From Mytilus trossulus (lineage: Eukaryota), in the NCBI RefSeq assembly GCF_036588685.1, contig NC_086382.1:20336001-20400000 (forward strand): 64,000 nucleotides of DNA, written 5' to 3'. This document shows, piece by piece, positions 25,145 to 36,960 of the stretch; within the stretch, counting starts at the first letter, position 1; each line of letters starts with the position of its first letter. Below the pieces are notes generated by a model. That model had not been told where the DNA came from. It was given only the letters and a program-made list of their open reading frames with translations, and searched no databases. A program made the translations under genes and the position numbers.

Positions 25145-25440
25145 ACATCACAGCTGCTTTACCAGAGGTGATTTGAGCCGGATTATACCTACCAGATCAC
25201 CCCAGCTTGAGTTTCTTTTTTATGCATGCTGTCCTTTGTTTTGAAATATTTTGGCGGGAATGCCTAATCAACAATAAAACTTAGAATAATTTATTGAGAA
25301 ATGACACACTTTCCAAATTGTTGTAGAAAAAATCTATTGTCTATGCTCGGAATCGAACTCAAGACCTTCAGCATATCAACCCACGATACATACCTCTACA
25401 CCTAGAGGACCAAATAACAACTCTCAGTAATTTAACATAC
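25145..25440 (-). mobile_element. tRNA-related repeat (SINE-like head plus body)
   Basis: The minus strand reads 'taggtgtagaggtatgtatcgtgggttgatatgctgaaggtcttGAGTTCGATTCCgagc' (B box), followed by a body homologous to 26700-26925(+). Confidence 0.55.
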
Positions 25441-25810
25441 ATAAAAGAAGCACGATATTTGCATAAGTTAGGCGAGTTTGCAGACCTTTATTCAGTAGGA
25501 TTGTAACCCTATTCATAAATAAGGCGAGTTGTCAGACTGATTTTTCAATAGAATTTAACCCTTTTTCATAAATGGGCGATTAGGTAAACAAGAGTGGACC
25601 GTTCAGAAGGTGGCGATTTAGTGTGGGTCGATTGGCCAGAGGGACGAGCTGACATGGTTTCATATTCATACATCGTGTTCGGGGGTCATAAAGGGTATAT
25701 ATCATATAGTAATATATAAAGTATATTATAACGGTTGTGTGGCGTTCTAAACTATATTTTATGAATTGATTTGCGTCTAATCTAAAACAGCTTGGATGTA
25801 AAAAAAAAAA

Positions 25811-25911
25811 GTTATCCCATTCGGACTTGGTGTTTCAGTGTAAGATCACCCCGATGGCCGGAGGCCATCGGGGTGATCTTACACTGACACACCAAGTCCG
25901 TGTGGGATAAC
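25811..25911. repeat. Near-perfect palindrome / foldback MITE (49-bp arms, 3-nt loop)
   Basis: Arms 25811-25859 and 25863-25911 are reverse complements with 3 mismatches; the loop is GGA. A diverged half-copy lies at ~26953-27000. Confidence 0.92.
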
Positions 25912-26409
25912 TATTACGTACAATGGTTTAGTTTAAATCTTGCTTTGACTACATGCTGTCGACAGTGAATGTAGTCCTTATGTGGATTACGTGTACAAAA
26001 AACTTGCTATCAAAAGGACAGTAGCTACGAGATTTATGGGAAAAAAAATGAAACTAGCATCATATTTTTGTTCAATTGTAAGTGATAGTGAAATATTGAA
26101 ACAATAATTCAATCAAAGCAGCCAGTATGGTTCAAATTGTTAAAATAAGCTATAACTCGACCTCATTAAATCCGTATATTCATGTGATCTTCAATTTAAC
26201 CCCTTAGCAAAAGATGGATTACGCATAATGTATGTGTGTTAAGTTATTAAAGGAAAAGAATATTAACATTTAAAGTGAAACAAATGTAAATCATTTCATT
26301 TACTAATACAAGCACTGGAATATCGGTTCATTTGGGAGAAAAAATACGTAATTTCAAAATACATGATAAAATCTAAATTGCCTTGCTTGGTATTTCGACT
26401 TATTTTTTT

Positions 26410-26925
26410 AACATATTTTTCTGACTTTATATATAATCGTCCTGGAATAGCGGTATGAATCGTGGCATCGTTGTAAAAGTGAGAGGTTCAGCCCTATAAA
26501 AACAGGTTCAACCCACCATTTTCTACATTTAAAAATGTCTGTACCAAGTCAGGAATATTGCAGTTGTTTCCCATCCGTTCGATGTGTTTTATCATTTGAT
26601 TTTGCCATGTGATTATGGACTTTCCGATTGAATTTTCCTCGGAGTTCAGTATTTTTGTGATTTTACTTTTTATCCTATTCTCTAGGTCTTGAGTTCGATT
26701 CCCCGAATATACAGTGGATATTTAGATGATTTTTTCTACATTTTTTTTTGAAAAAAGAGTCTTTTTACAGCATATTTCTAAGTTTTATTGTATGTTTGAC
26801 ATTCCCGCCAAAATGATACAGAACAAAGTAAAGCATGCAGAACAAGTAAACGCAAGGTCGATTGATCTGGTAGTGGTGATCCGACTCAGATCACCCTTGT
26901 TAGTACAAAGTAGTTGTGATGAGAT
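26410..26925 (+). mobile_element. Second, oppositely oriented copy of the tRNA-related repeat, interrupted by a family C insertion
   Basis: 'gcggtatgaatcgtggc' [insertion ~26478-26670] 'aggtcttgagttcgattcccc'. The downstream 'cattcccgccaaaat' and 'tgatctggtag...gatcacc' match 25145-25290 in reverse. Confidence 0.55.
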
Positions 26926-27789
26926 TAGTGTGAAACCAGTGTTCATTAAAAGTATCCCATGAGCACGCGGTGTGTCATTGTAAGATCTTCCCGATGGCCG
27001 AATGTGATACACTTCATAAAATTACAGTTTTGAACACTATACAATCATTATTAATTATTATACACTTAAGATATCTCTATATAGTATAAACCCTTTGTGA
27101 GCCCCGTTCACAATGTTTAAATAAGTTACAATAACAATGTGTTTGTATCCAGTCGTCCTAGTGTAAGGGTATGAATCGTGGGTCTATATGCATCTAACGA
27201 TCGGTACAATATTGGGGGTGGGGGTTTGAAATAACAGTTTTTATTTGTTTTCTATACGCGGGAAAACAGTAAACTGTAGAAAGATGGATTTGTATTACGT
27301 AGCTGAATTATGATAATTTAAAAAATAAAACACACTATGCGTATTGCTATGTATTTTTTTATTCTACATTGGAAAGGGTTAAGATCTCATAACATATGTT
27401 TAACAACGCCTCATTTTTGCGCCTATCCTAAGTCAGGAGCCTCTGGCCTTTGTTAGACTTGTTTGGTTTTTTTTAAATTTTAGTTCATTTATATGTTTTG
27501 AAGTTTCGTATGAAGTACATTTTCACTGAAAAACAAGTGCACAGATGAGGAACACCTCTGGATGCATGATTATCTCGCTGCATTGATGACCCGTTGGTGG
27601 CCTTTGGCTATTGTCTACTCTTTGGCCGTGTTGTTGTGTCTTTGACATATTCCTCATTTCTATTCTCAATTTTATCTATAAGTCGAAATCTGATCAACTA
27701 TCCCCAGCTCTTTTCTTTGTTTTAGGACACGCTTCGTCTTTAAATTTCAATCTGACTAAAGGAAAATAAAATATGTATATTTTATAATC

Positions 27790-29600
27790 TTCTTATATCT
27801 AACCTAAGATTTATATTATATGTGTGTTTTAAATGGTCACTTTGAAGAGGATATTTTGGGGAATTTTAAGTCATATGGATCAAGTGTTGTTGATTATGCT
27901 TTGACGGACATGGACCTCTTAACTTCTATGATTTTTTCCAGGTTGATAGTTCAACATATATATCAGACAACTGACAGATTTTTCTTCACATACAAATGTA
28001 TATTGTAATATTACTACTAATTTTGAGGAATATTCCGGTATGATTTTATATCTTTACAATGTACACACAAATGGGAAATTCTAAAAACAAATTAGGCAAC
28101 ACAATTAGTGATGGTGATGTATTACATGAGATAGTCTCTTTTGAAAATAAGATGTTTGATGAAACTAGAAATGGAATTAATAAAGTTTCAGAAAGTAACA
28201 AATATTTTTGATAATTTGGTAAAAATGTCCTGTAAAATAGTAAAACACAATAAATAAATATTATAAAGAAGAAAGTCATGGTCAGACAATGAATTTAAAA
28301 GATTAAAAAAAAAAGCAGTTGTTGATTTACTCAATAAAATGACTTAACCATTGATATTCAATTGAATCATGATTTTTTTATATCAATCTAAGAAACTTTA
28401 AAAGATGATTTAAAGGGAAAAAAATATTTAAATAGCGCATCCGAGCTCACCCGTGAGCATGAATGTTAGGCCCGGTGTTTCTGCCGTGTTTGGGTAAAAA
28501 TCCCTGAGTCCGACTTCATCAGTGGTCGACTCAATAAGTTGTAGATTGACGTGTTGTTTGTGTGTTTTTTTTTATTTCGTATATTATATTGGACCATACA
28601 CCGGTTGTCTTTCAATAACATATTAGTTAATTATGATTTATTTTTTGTGCGCTCAGTATCATATTGTGTTGTGAAAGGTCAAGCAGACTATAATACCCGC
28701 ATATGCTTTGATAATAGTTCTTGTAAATGTGTATGTCTTTTATAAGCTATAATATGCTGATGGTTTAATATTCACACGTTAGGGATTTATGTATTTATCA
28801 AAGTTGTACAAAATCGAACATGTGAAATGTTGTTATTTGGATTGAGAGTTGTCTCTTGGCACTCATACCACATCTTCCTATATCTATGTAATAATATTTT
28901 AGCGAAAACAGAAGTGGGCGGATTTTCGATGGCTTCATGTATAAAACCATAAGTTATGCTATATGTTTGTAGATTTCATACCCATGATATCAATCCTCTG
29001 TTAAAAGAAGCCTATGAATAAGATAAGTCATTGTATAATGATGGTTTTCATAGTTGGTATACATTTGCTCTAAATATATTTAAAGAGACAGGTTTAAATG
29101 CTGAAGATTTTGAAAGCTATGATATTAACTATACAATAAAATTAAATATTCCTTAAAGAGGAAGTTTAAACAGATACGTTACATGTATCAAATGAAGTTT
29201 CTACAAAAAAATTCTTGAATAAACTTTCCTCTGTAACATACAGTTCAAAATTATTTCTATATATACATGTAGTCAAATAAAATCTGAAATCAATTGAATT
29301 ATTTATTAAAAGAATCAAATTTCAAAACCAGACAATTAACTTGTAAATTAAGGATAAGTGACCAAAAGCTAGATGTAGAAATGTGAAGATACAAAAATGT
29401 ACCCAGAGATCAAAGGTTATGTAAACTTTAATTTGTAATAAAATTGATTATGAATACCTTTTATTTTTCTAAATTGCAAACTGAACTCAACTTTAAGAGA
29501 TAATTACTTATTTTCAAAGATTAATTTAATAGAAACCCTGATTATACAAATTATCAACAACTTTTTAAGCTAAAACAAATTTTAAAGCCCGAGTCTGAGG
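27790..29600 (+). mobile_element. Decayed CR1/L2-group LINE (endonuclease end and C-terminal fragments)
   Basis: 'VLNG..EEDILGNF..YGSSVVDY' is an APE endonuclease C-terminal motif. ~29370-29500 reads 'RYKNVPRDQRLCKL', matching the LINE ORF2 C-terminus. Many stops, with a family A fragment inserted at ~28840. Confidence 0.65.
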
Positions 29601-30695
29601 GTTTGACAAAGTTGGTGACTTTACAAAGCAATCTTTAGAATTGCGAAAATGAGGTCCATTTCCGTTAAAGGTTACATTACAATTTATAACTATGTTTTTA
29701 TGTTTATATTTGTAATTCTTCACATTCTTTTTTGTGTTTACTTGACCCATATGGGTGAATTTTGCAAATTAAGTTATTATTGTTGTAAATATATTCAATG
29801 TTATCAAATTTTGTAATGCAATTAAAACTAGGAACACTGTAATTTGTCTATGCTGCTGTATAAAAGATGTATTAATTCAATGTTTACATTTTGTACTTCA
29901 AGTCTCTACAGAGTCGATCGAAACTTAATTTAACCCTGCAATATTTGAGTAAAAGATCTTTAATCAAAAGGAACTTTCTACTTTATATTCATTTCATCAC
30001 CATATTCAATCACAGCATGATCCGTTTTTCTTTCTATGACAATGCAATACTCCACTTTTCCAGACAGATATCGAGAATCTGGATGAAACATTGTTTTATT
30101 ATGCAGTTCACGTGACACGGCATTATATTGGAAAACGTAAATATTTTTGTGTAGTTCTATTTGTTAGTCATTGCCATCTTATTTGGTGTACACAATTAGT
30201 ATAATATTACTGAAGTGATTTAAGAATCATTTTAGGGGCAGTTAAAACAAATGAAATGTGTATAACAGTTCCGATGTGCGGGTTTCACGAATACACCATA
30301 CATGAACTACAAAGGATTACCAGCAATGAGATAATTCAGACATGACGTAATAACTTCGTTATAACATTCTGTGGGATACGTTGGCATTAATAAGGAAACA
30401 ATTCAAAGTAACCTTGTTTCCGGATTTGGATAGTTACGTAACTGTATACAATAACAATATATTGTTGTGATATTTTGTACGTCATCATCTGTATTGGATA
30501 TACTGTGTCAATTACTTCGTTAGTGTTCAGCCTCACATTACAATCAATCATATTCTTTCATTTGACATTGATATGTTTTAAATAGTATTTTTTTATGAAA
30601 TGACGGTACTGTTAATGCGATAATTTTTATGAAGTTTGTTAACTTTAATTGTGCCGTTTAGTTTTAATTCAGTTGATCTACATAAAGGAACAAAA

Positions 30696-33600
30696 ATGAA
30701 TCTGAAAAAGATATGTTTCGCATTTGTAAGTATTGACGTAAACAAACTTCGAAGTAGAAAGTAGTCACTTAATTAGTACTTTGGTTGGAGTTATCGTTCT
30801 TAAACTAGTCCACCCAAGAAGGCCAACTTTATTATTGGCATTCAAATTGAAAAGTGTTTCTTCCTTTTGACCAATGCTCGTGTGTTTTCTATAAATCAGC
30901 CTTGCACACAAAGAGAAGCATTCTTTAAGGTATATTGTATCTATTTCTAACAATCTTATTAGTATTGTAAACGTTTGGGGCGAATTGAGACGACGATCGC
31001 AAAGATGTTAAAAGTGCGATTTTCAATTTTTCATTTGCAGGTGTGAAAGTTGATGTGCGTCGGACAAAGCGACACAACTCCGATCTATATTGGTCAGAAG
31101 TATTTGTGTTTAATAACCAGGGTAATGGGTCTATTTGTTACCCAATCGAAGAGAAAAAAAATAACAAAAGTGAAAACTCTAAACTATATATAACGATATT
31201 TAAAAAACTGTGTAAAGCAAAATATGCCAGCATACGCAGTATATATCTTCTAATTATTGATAGAAGGTTGGTGTTGCTCATCCTTCCGGAGCACTCTAAA
31301 GGTCTTCCCAACCTACTGGTATAACAAGGAAAGTAAACTAAACATGGTAATATTATATGGCCAATACCTTAACGAAGCGAGACATATTTATTGAAGCTTA
31401 CCCGAATTAATGACAAGTAAAGATAAAAATATTTATGAACAGGGAAATTTTCTTTCGAGCAATGTATTTCCACAAAAATCTTTTAATTGCAGAGTATGAA
31501 ACAAAATTTAGTATGTTCTCGAAGCCTATTTCATTGATATTCCCTGCGTGGCATTAAATGATTGAGTACTTTTGTGAACATGCCCTTAGTTTATTAGTTC
31601 ATTTAACATCTGAGTAACTGTATCCAATTTTATTTCTCCAGATACTTCAAGAACAATGTTTTGCTGCTCTTTTTGCACCGACTGTAACTTATTTAGATAA
31701 GACAAAGACAGACGACTGTGACGTCACTAATGCGACAAGTTGTGGGTTGAACAAGTGTTGTGTATATAAGGTAATCATGATAAAATTCCTTTTGGATAGA
31801 TACTAGAAACTTTGATTTGACCGAATTTAATCATATTCTTACACACACAAGTATAATTTATTTTATATCTTATATTTCTAATGAATATGAATGGAATGGA
31901 ATGAAATATTTGGGTTAACGACAACAAAACAACAATTCAATAAAATCAAAATAAGAACAAATAGCTCCATCAGCTTCGGTACTGACATGATTTTTAACTT
32001 ATTAAGTTAATAAATTGTCATAAATGGGAACTCTTAGTTTGTAAACATGACTTTTTACGTTCATTGTTAACATGTAGCGGGGTTTACGTAAATTTTTACC
32101 AAGCGACTATCTACTTCTGGTTTTACTTTGTAACTCTTCAAATACATTTTTAACGGTATACAAAGCCTCTTGATTTTCCCTGCATGGCATATGATCCAGC
32201 CTAATGGAATGGCAAATTGTACGGAACTGTCTTATAGTGTAACTATTTAATGTGTTCTGTCGCTTTATCTTTACGTCCTGTCGTTTCTTCTTTTTGTTAT
32301 GTGCAAATGTCTGTATTTCACGACTCGGCATCTAGCAGGGTTTACCTGAATCAACTCTCTACTTTTGGTTTCACTTTGTGACTCTTCAAATACATTTTTA
32401 AAGATATACAAAGCCTCTTGATTTTCCCTGCATGGCATTAATTGATCCAGCCTAATGAAATGGCAAATTGCCCTTAGTTTTGTTCTTTTAAATTCGGTAA
32501 TCCATTACCTTAAGTGCATTTAGGACACATTTATGATTTTCTTTTTGCACTGGCTGTACCTTATTTAGATTGACAATTTTAAAGACAGACAAAACAATGT
32601 GCGTATGTTCATGTTTGGAAATCATGTATCTTTGCACTGCAGTGTATGAATGTCTATTTTGATTCTATTGTCATATATTTCATTTTATTATTTCATTGTT
32701 ATAACAAATCATTGTAATCATTGTATGAAATTTAAAACCCGCAAGGGTCCATAATTGGATTAATAAAGTATTCTTATTCTTATTCTTATTCTTATATCAG
32801 CATGACGTGTACAAGTACTTTGATATAAAAATAAAAGTTGATGATTGACAATGAGATAACTCTCCACGAAAAAAACTAACGACCTGATTTAAGTTCGTTT
32901 TTGGTAACTACATATGTACCATGTGCAACCATTGTTAAAACATGTACATGCATTTATTATCTTTTATTTCGCTATTATATATATAGCGTTTAGAGTGCTT
33001 TTTTGTGCTCACCTGTACTTTTTGCTTTCCATTGATCGAGATTACAAGGGCTTACAAAAAATACCAATATCAGTTCTATTTAACATTCGCAAGTGCCTAT
33101 CCCATGCATGTACAATGTAGGTACCTTGTTAGTTGTTTGTTGTTAAATTTCAATCTTTTTATCGTTTGGCGTTGACGGTAAATCTTTATACAATCTTTAT
33201 GAAAATTCATTCACAAACTTTACTGGAACCGATTACATTTTGATAAAGGTTATTTAGTAAAAAACCGAGTGTTGACTTTTTATAATGTGTTTTGTTGGGT
33301 TATTGTCTCATCGTTTTGTAATTTTAATATGCCTGTTTGCTTGTTTTTTGTTGTGTATTTTAGTAGCAATCCTATTGTTTGGATTTCAAACTAATAAAAT
33401 TCTTATTCTTATTCTTATTCATTAGGAATGGCTCCACATATCTTCTTACTTATAAATATTCATAGCACAACAATGGTATTGACGCATTTGCTTATGAGTA
33501 CTACAACATCACATCTATACACCAAGAAAATAATTCTTATTTCCATTCCGTGTTACTGGGTTTGTCTTTTCAATGTACAATTTAGTCGGATTTTCAGAAA

Positions 33601-33934
33601 CAAGTTCACAAGATAACTGTCTACAGGAAGACATATCTCACTGCCGTACACCTTATTCCGATTCTGCTACGATAATCTCTTCCTGATGTTGAATAACCTA
33701 AGTATTTCAAAAAATTTAAGTTTTGTAAACAGTTATGATCCCTTGGCTTTGTTTCTTTTACAGATTATTATCAACAGGTCGCAGAATTCTATTGTAGAAA
33801 GGAGGCAAATATGCCAGTCAACCAGAATGGACGGGGAACTATGTTTACTGAATACAGATCATTTGATATGTCCTTGTCGTGAAGAATACATGTGCAAAAT
33901 AGAAAATAACAACAATTTTGGACATTGCAAATAA
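30696..33934 (+). CDS. Secreted prokineticin/astakine-like (colipase-fold, 10-Cys) peptide, 109 aa; exons 30696-30725, 31642-31770, 33764-33934
   Basis: GT-AG phase-0 joins give MNLKKICFAF|ILQEQCFAALFAPTVTYLDKTKTDDCDVTNATSCGLNKCCVYK|IIINRSQNSIVERRQICQSTRMDGELCLLNTDHLICPCREEYMCKIENNNNFGHCK*. Cys spacing is C-x7-C-x4-CC-x19-C-x9-C-x8-CPC-x5-C-x10-C. Exon 1 is the least certain. Confidence 0.8.
32077..32470. repeat. Local direct duplication of ~140 bp (32077-32219 and 32336-32470) in intron 2
   Basis: 'ctcttcaaatacatttttaa...tacaaagcctcttgattttccctgcatggcat...gatccagcctaatg.aatggcaaattg' occurs twice. Confidence 0.85.
32560..33421 (+). mobile_element. Two LINE/SINE 3' tails: AATAAA followed by (ATTCTT)n, at ~32762-32793 and ~33393-33421
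   Basis: 'aataaagtattcttattcttattcttattctta' and 'aataaaattcttattcttattcttattc'; short tandem tails are typical of CR1/L2-group 3' ends. Confidence 0.55.
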
Positions 33935-34480
33935 AAAAGATCACAATTAATTTTTGAGCGTTAGTTTTATATTCAGTTATAATTGTATACCAGAACTTAT
34001 AAAAAAGAAGATTCGGTATGATTGATTATGAGACATCTCTCCACATGAAACCAAATGACACAGCAATTAACAACTATAGGTCACCATACGGCCTTCAAGA
34101 ATGAGCAAAGCTCATACCACATAGTAAGCTATGAGAGACCCCGAAATGACAGATATCAACTAATTCAAACGAGAAAACTAAATTCATTTCTAATATGACG
34201 TTCTCCTTTAACTTTGGGTACAAAGCCATGTTCTAATTCGAATAGAACATAGGCTGCACGTGATTGACGTCACAATTGAAATTGCAACGTCAGATGAATT
34301 TTAAACAACGCCAGAGATCAAAATGGACATTTTTGTTGGTGTTGCTCGCTAGGAAAATTAAATAAAAACCTTCTATTTTTCTATAACGTTTTTGTTAATC
34401 AAATCAAATATGGCGACATTTCGAGCGTCTACTATAGGTCCGCTTCGGAGTACAAAGTTCAAAATATTCCTATTAGAATC

Positions 34481-36156
34481 GAAATAATTCTATCATGCCA
34501 TGCTCTATGCTCATTTTAACATGCATACCCAACTATATCAGTCCTATTCAGGACCGATAACTCTGTCGATAGATATTATCGGGTATACAATATTGTTAAA
34601 ACCAGACCAATCGTATTATACGTCTCTGTTGGAATGTATATAATAAATATTTTGTTTTACACAATTTAAACTTTAAATCGATTCATTGCCTGGATTTAGC
34701 TTTAAATATTGAATTAAAAGATAAATAACAATAAAATCATATTCAATGATCGAAATTCATTTAAATTAAAATTTGAATTAGAATATTTCTTTGAAATAAT
34801 TATAGAAACATATAAATATTTGAATGACTTTTAAGCAAAAAATATTTTTTTAAAGAAATTTTCATAATATTCATATTTTCCTAAAGTTTATAATGAAACA
34901 TACTTCTTCTGATTTGACACAGGAAGGAGAAGATATTTATTTGTACATTTATGAAAACTTTTGTATATCACAAAATTTAAACTCTGGTAATACATGTATA
35001 CACACTGACAGGATGTTTAATGTCAGCTGGTTGCTTTTGGTTTTCACGTCTACCTGACAATATATTATGATGTAACATTATAACCCAAGTTAGATTTCAC
35101 CTGTTTGGTCAAGGAATGAAATTTTAAAGGTATAGAATATTTATCTATTATAATTGGACATTGTTTTGTTTCCTCTTAGGATGAAAACATTTTTGTTTTT
35201 GTTTTAAAAGAAATGAATAAATATATTTCTAAAGAAAGATAAAATATACAGAAAACTTGAAAAACACCTTTAAAAAAGAAGAGATTTTTTTTATTATAGA
35301 TATTGTAAAGTATTTTCTGGTAACAGTATCTCCTGGATGAATATTAGTCAAAATAAATGTTCCCGTGTCACACTTATTAAGAAATTTTGTAATCAATGAT
35401 ATCGAAATATCACTAAAGGAAAATAAAAGAAACATCAGAGATTCTTTATGAAAAATTAAATATAATTTAGGAAAGTCTAATATAGAAATCATTGATTTGA
35501 TGCAACATTTTCATATGATACATCAGCCGCCATTTTGAAAAATCTCGGAAAAATCCCGTTTTTAAATCGATGTTTGACCGAAATTGCCCTGAAATTAAAC
35601 TGTTTAAAGTAGTATTTTTCCCCAGCTATATGTTTGAATATACTTAATCGATTTGCAAAGTTTGTTTTTTATTTACAGAATTTCTTTATTTGTTGTAAAA
35701 GTAGACATGGGTATCGGTAATTTAGCATTGAGTCAACGGAGAAATGAGGAGAAAAAGTGCATGTTTTACGATTCCGATTTGACCAAATCAAGGACTTAAA
35801 ATATATACGTCCCTGACCAAATTAAATAAAAAAATAAACTGTTAGGACCAACATTGTTTGATAGAAATATGTTTGAATATCAAGGATTGATTTGCAAAAG
35901 TAAGAAAACGGATAAGGTTTAAGAGAAAATTAAACTTTATTGAAGCATATATGCATTTTATATGGGGAAATATAAAACAAAATGGCGGCTAATATACGTC
36001 ACAAAAGTCACGTGATGTCCAACTTAGTTGGATATGGGTAGGCATTATATTTGTAAACATTTAATACCTCGCTAACGCTCGGTATTAAGATATTAACAAA
36101 TATAATGCCTACCCATGTTAAAATGAGCATAGAGCATGGCATGAAAGAATTATTTC
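34481..36156. mobile_element. Palindromic MITE split by a nested 1.5-kb TIR element (34524-36036)
   Basis: The outer arm 'gaaataattctatcatgccatgctctatgctcattttaacatg' (34481-34523) matches 36114-36156 in reverse, and the palindrome resumes at 36037 ('ggtaggcattatatttgt...acaaatataatgcctacc'). Inner ends are 'catacccaacta' and 'tagttggatatg'. Confidence 0.75.
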
Positions 36157-36960
36157 TTAAGTACAAAATAATGAACGAAAAACAAATATGTAACTCAACA
36201 ACCAATGTCAACTTCTGAACAATAAATGAAATACAAATAAGATAAACAACAACACACAACAGCTTCTTATTTACAGGCTCCTTACTTAGGACAGGCACAT
36301 AACATTTGCGGGGTTAAACAGTTTGAAGGCGCTTTCCTCTGAATTTCCTATTGTGACGGTATGAAAAAAGGCGACCATGCCTGATGACGTCATCTAGAAA
36401 GAACACATCTTTTTGCAGATCATTCGAAAAAAAAATGAATGAGTTTGCCTGCATATTGTTAGAAAATCATCAGAGACACAGATTCCACCAGTAAATATAT
36501 ATTGTAGAAAATCCTTTATCTAATTTATAATATAACTAAATTATAATTTTGACTTTTCGTATAGAGAACAAGGATTTGTGTGGTGTCACTATCTTTCATA
36601 TATATATATAGAATTTGAAATAAAAATGATGCCAGGACAATTTTTTATTGCAACAAATTTTTCAACGTTTCATGTGTTTTCTTACCACCTAATACAACTG
36701 ATGTTAAAATAAGAGCTTGATGATGCTATCAACAGCAGGAATTGTTCTTGTACACAAGCGCCATTTCAAAATGGGTGTTTGAAATCTTACAGAAAATTTA
36801 CACCATAGTCAGTAAATTTAAAAAAAACAGAAGATTTGTTTAATACAACTGACATAAGGAATATAACATTGGTTATTGCATAATTTACGGTATTCTTCCA
36901 TGGAGTTCTATGTGTCCACATGATGTTTGAAATTCTACAGATAAATACATTTTTTTCTGA

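Noticed and set aside
25346-25410. Functional tRNA gene
   Set aside because: A B box is present but the acceptor and anticodon stems do not pair well, and it is embedded in a repeated body; treated as a tRNA-derived repeat.
31041-31324. Strong acceptor 'tttcatttgcag' plus a 93-aa ORF as an extra exon of the peptide gene
   Set aside because: In phase 0 after exon 1 it reads GTG TGA (stop), and the ORF has no recognisable motif.
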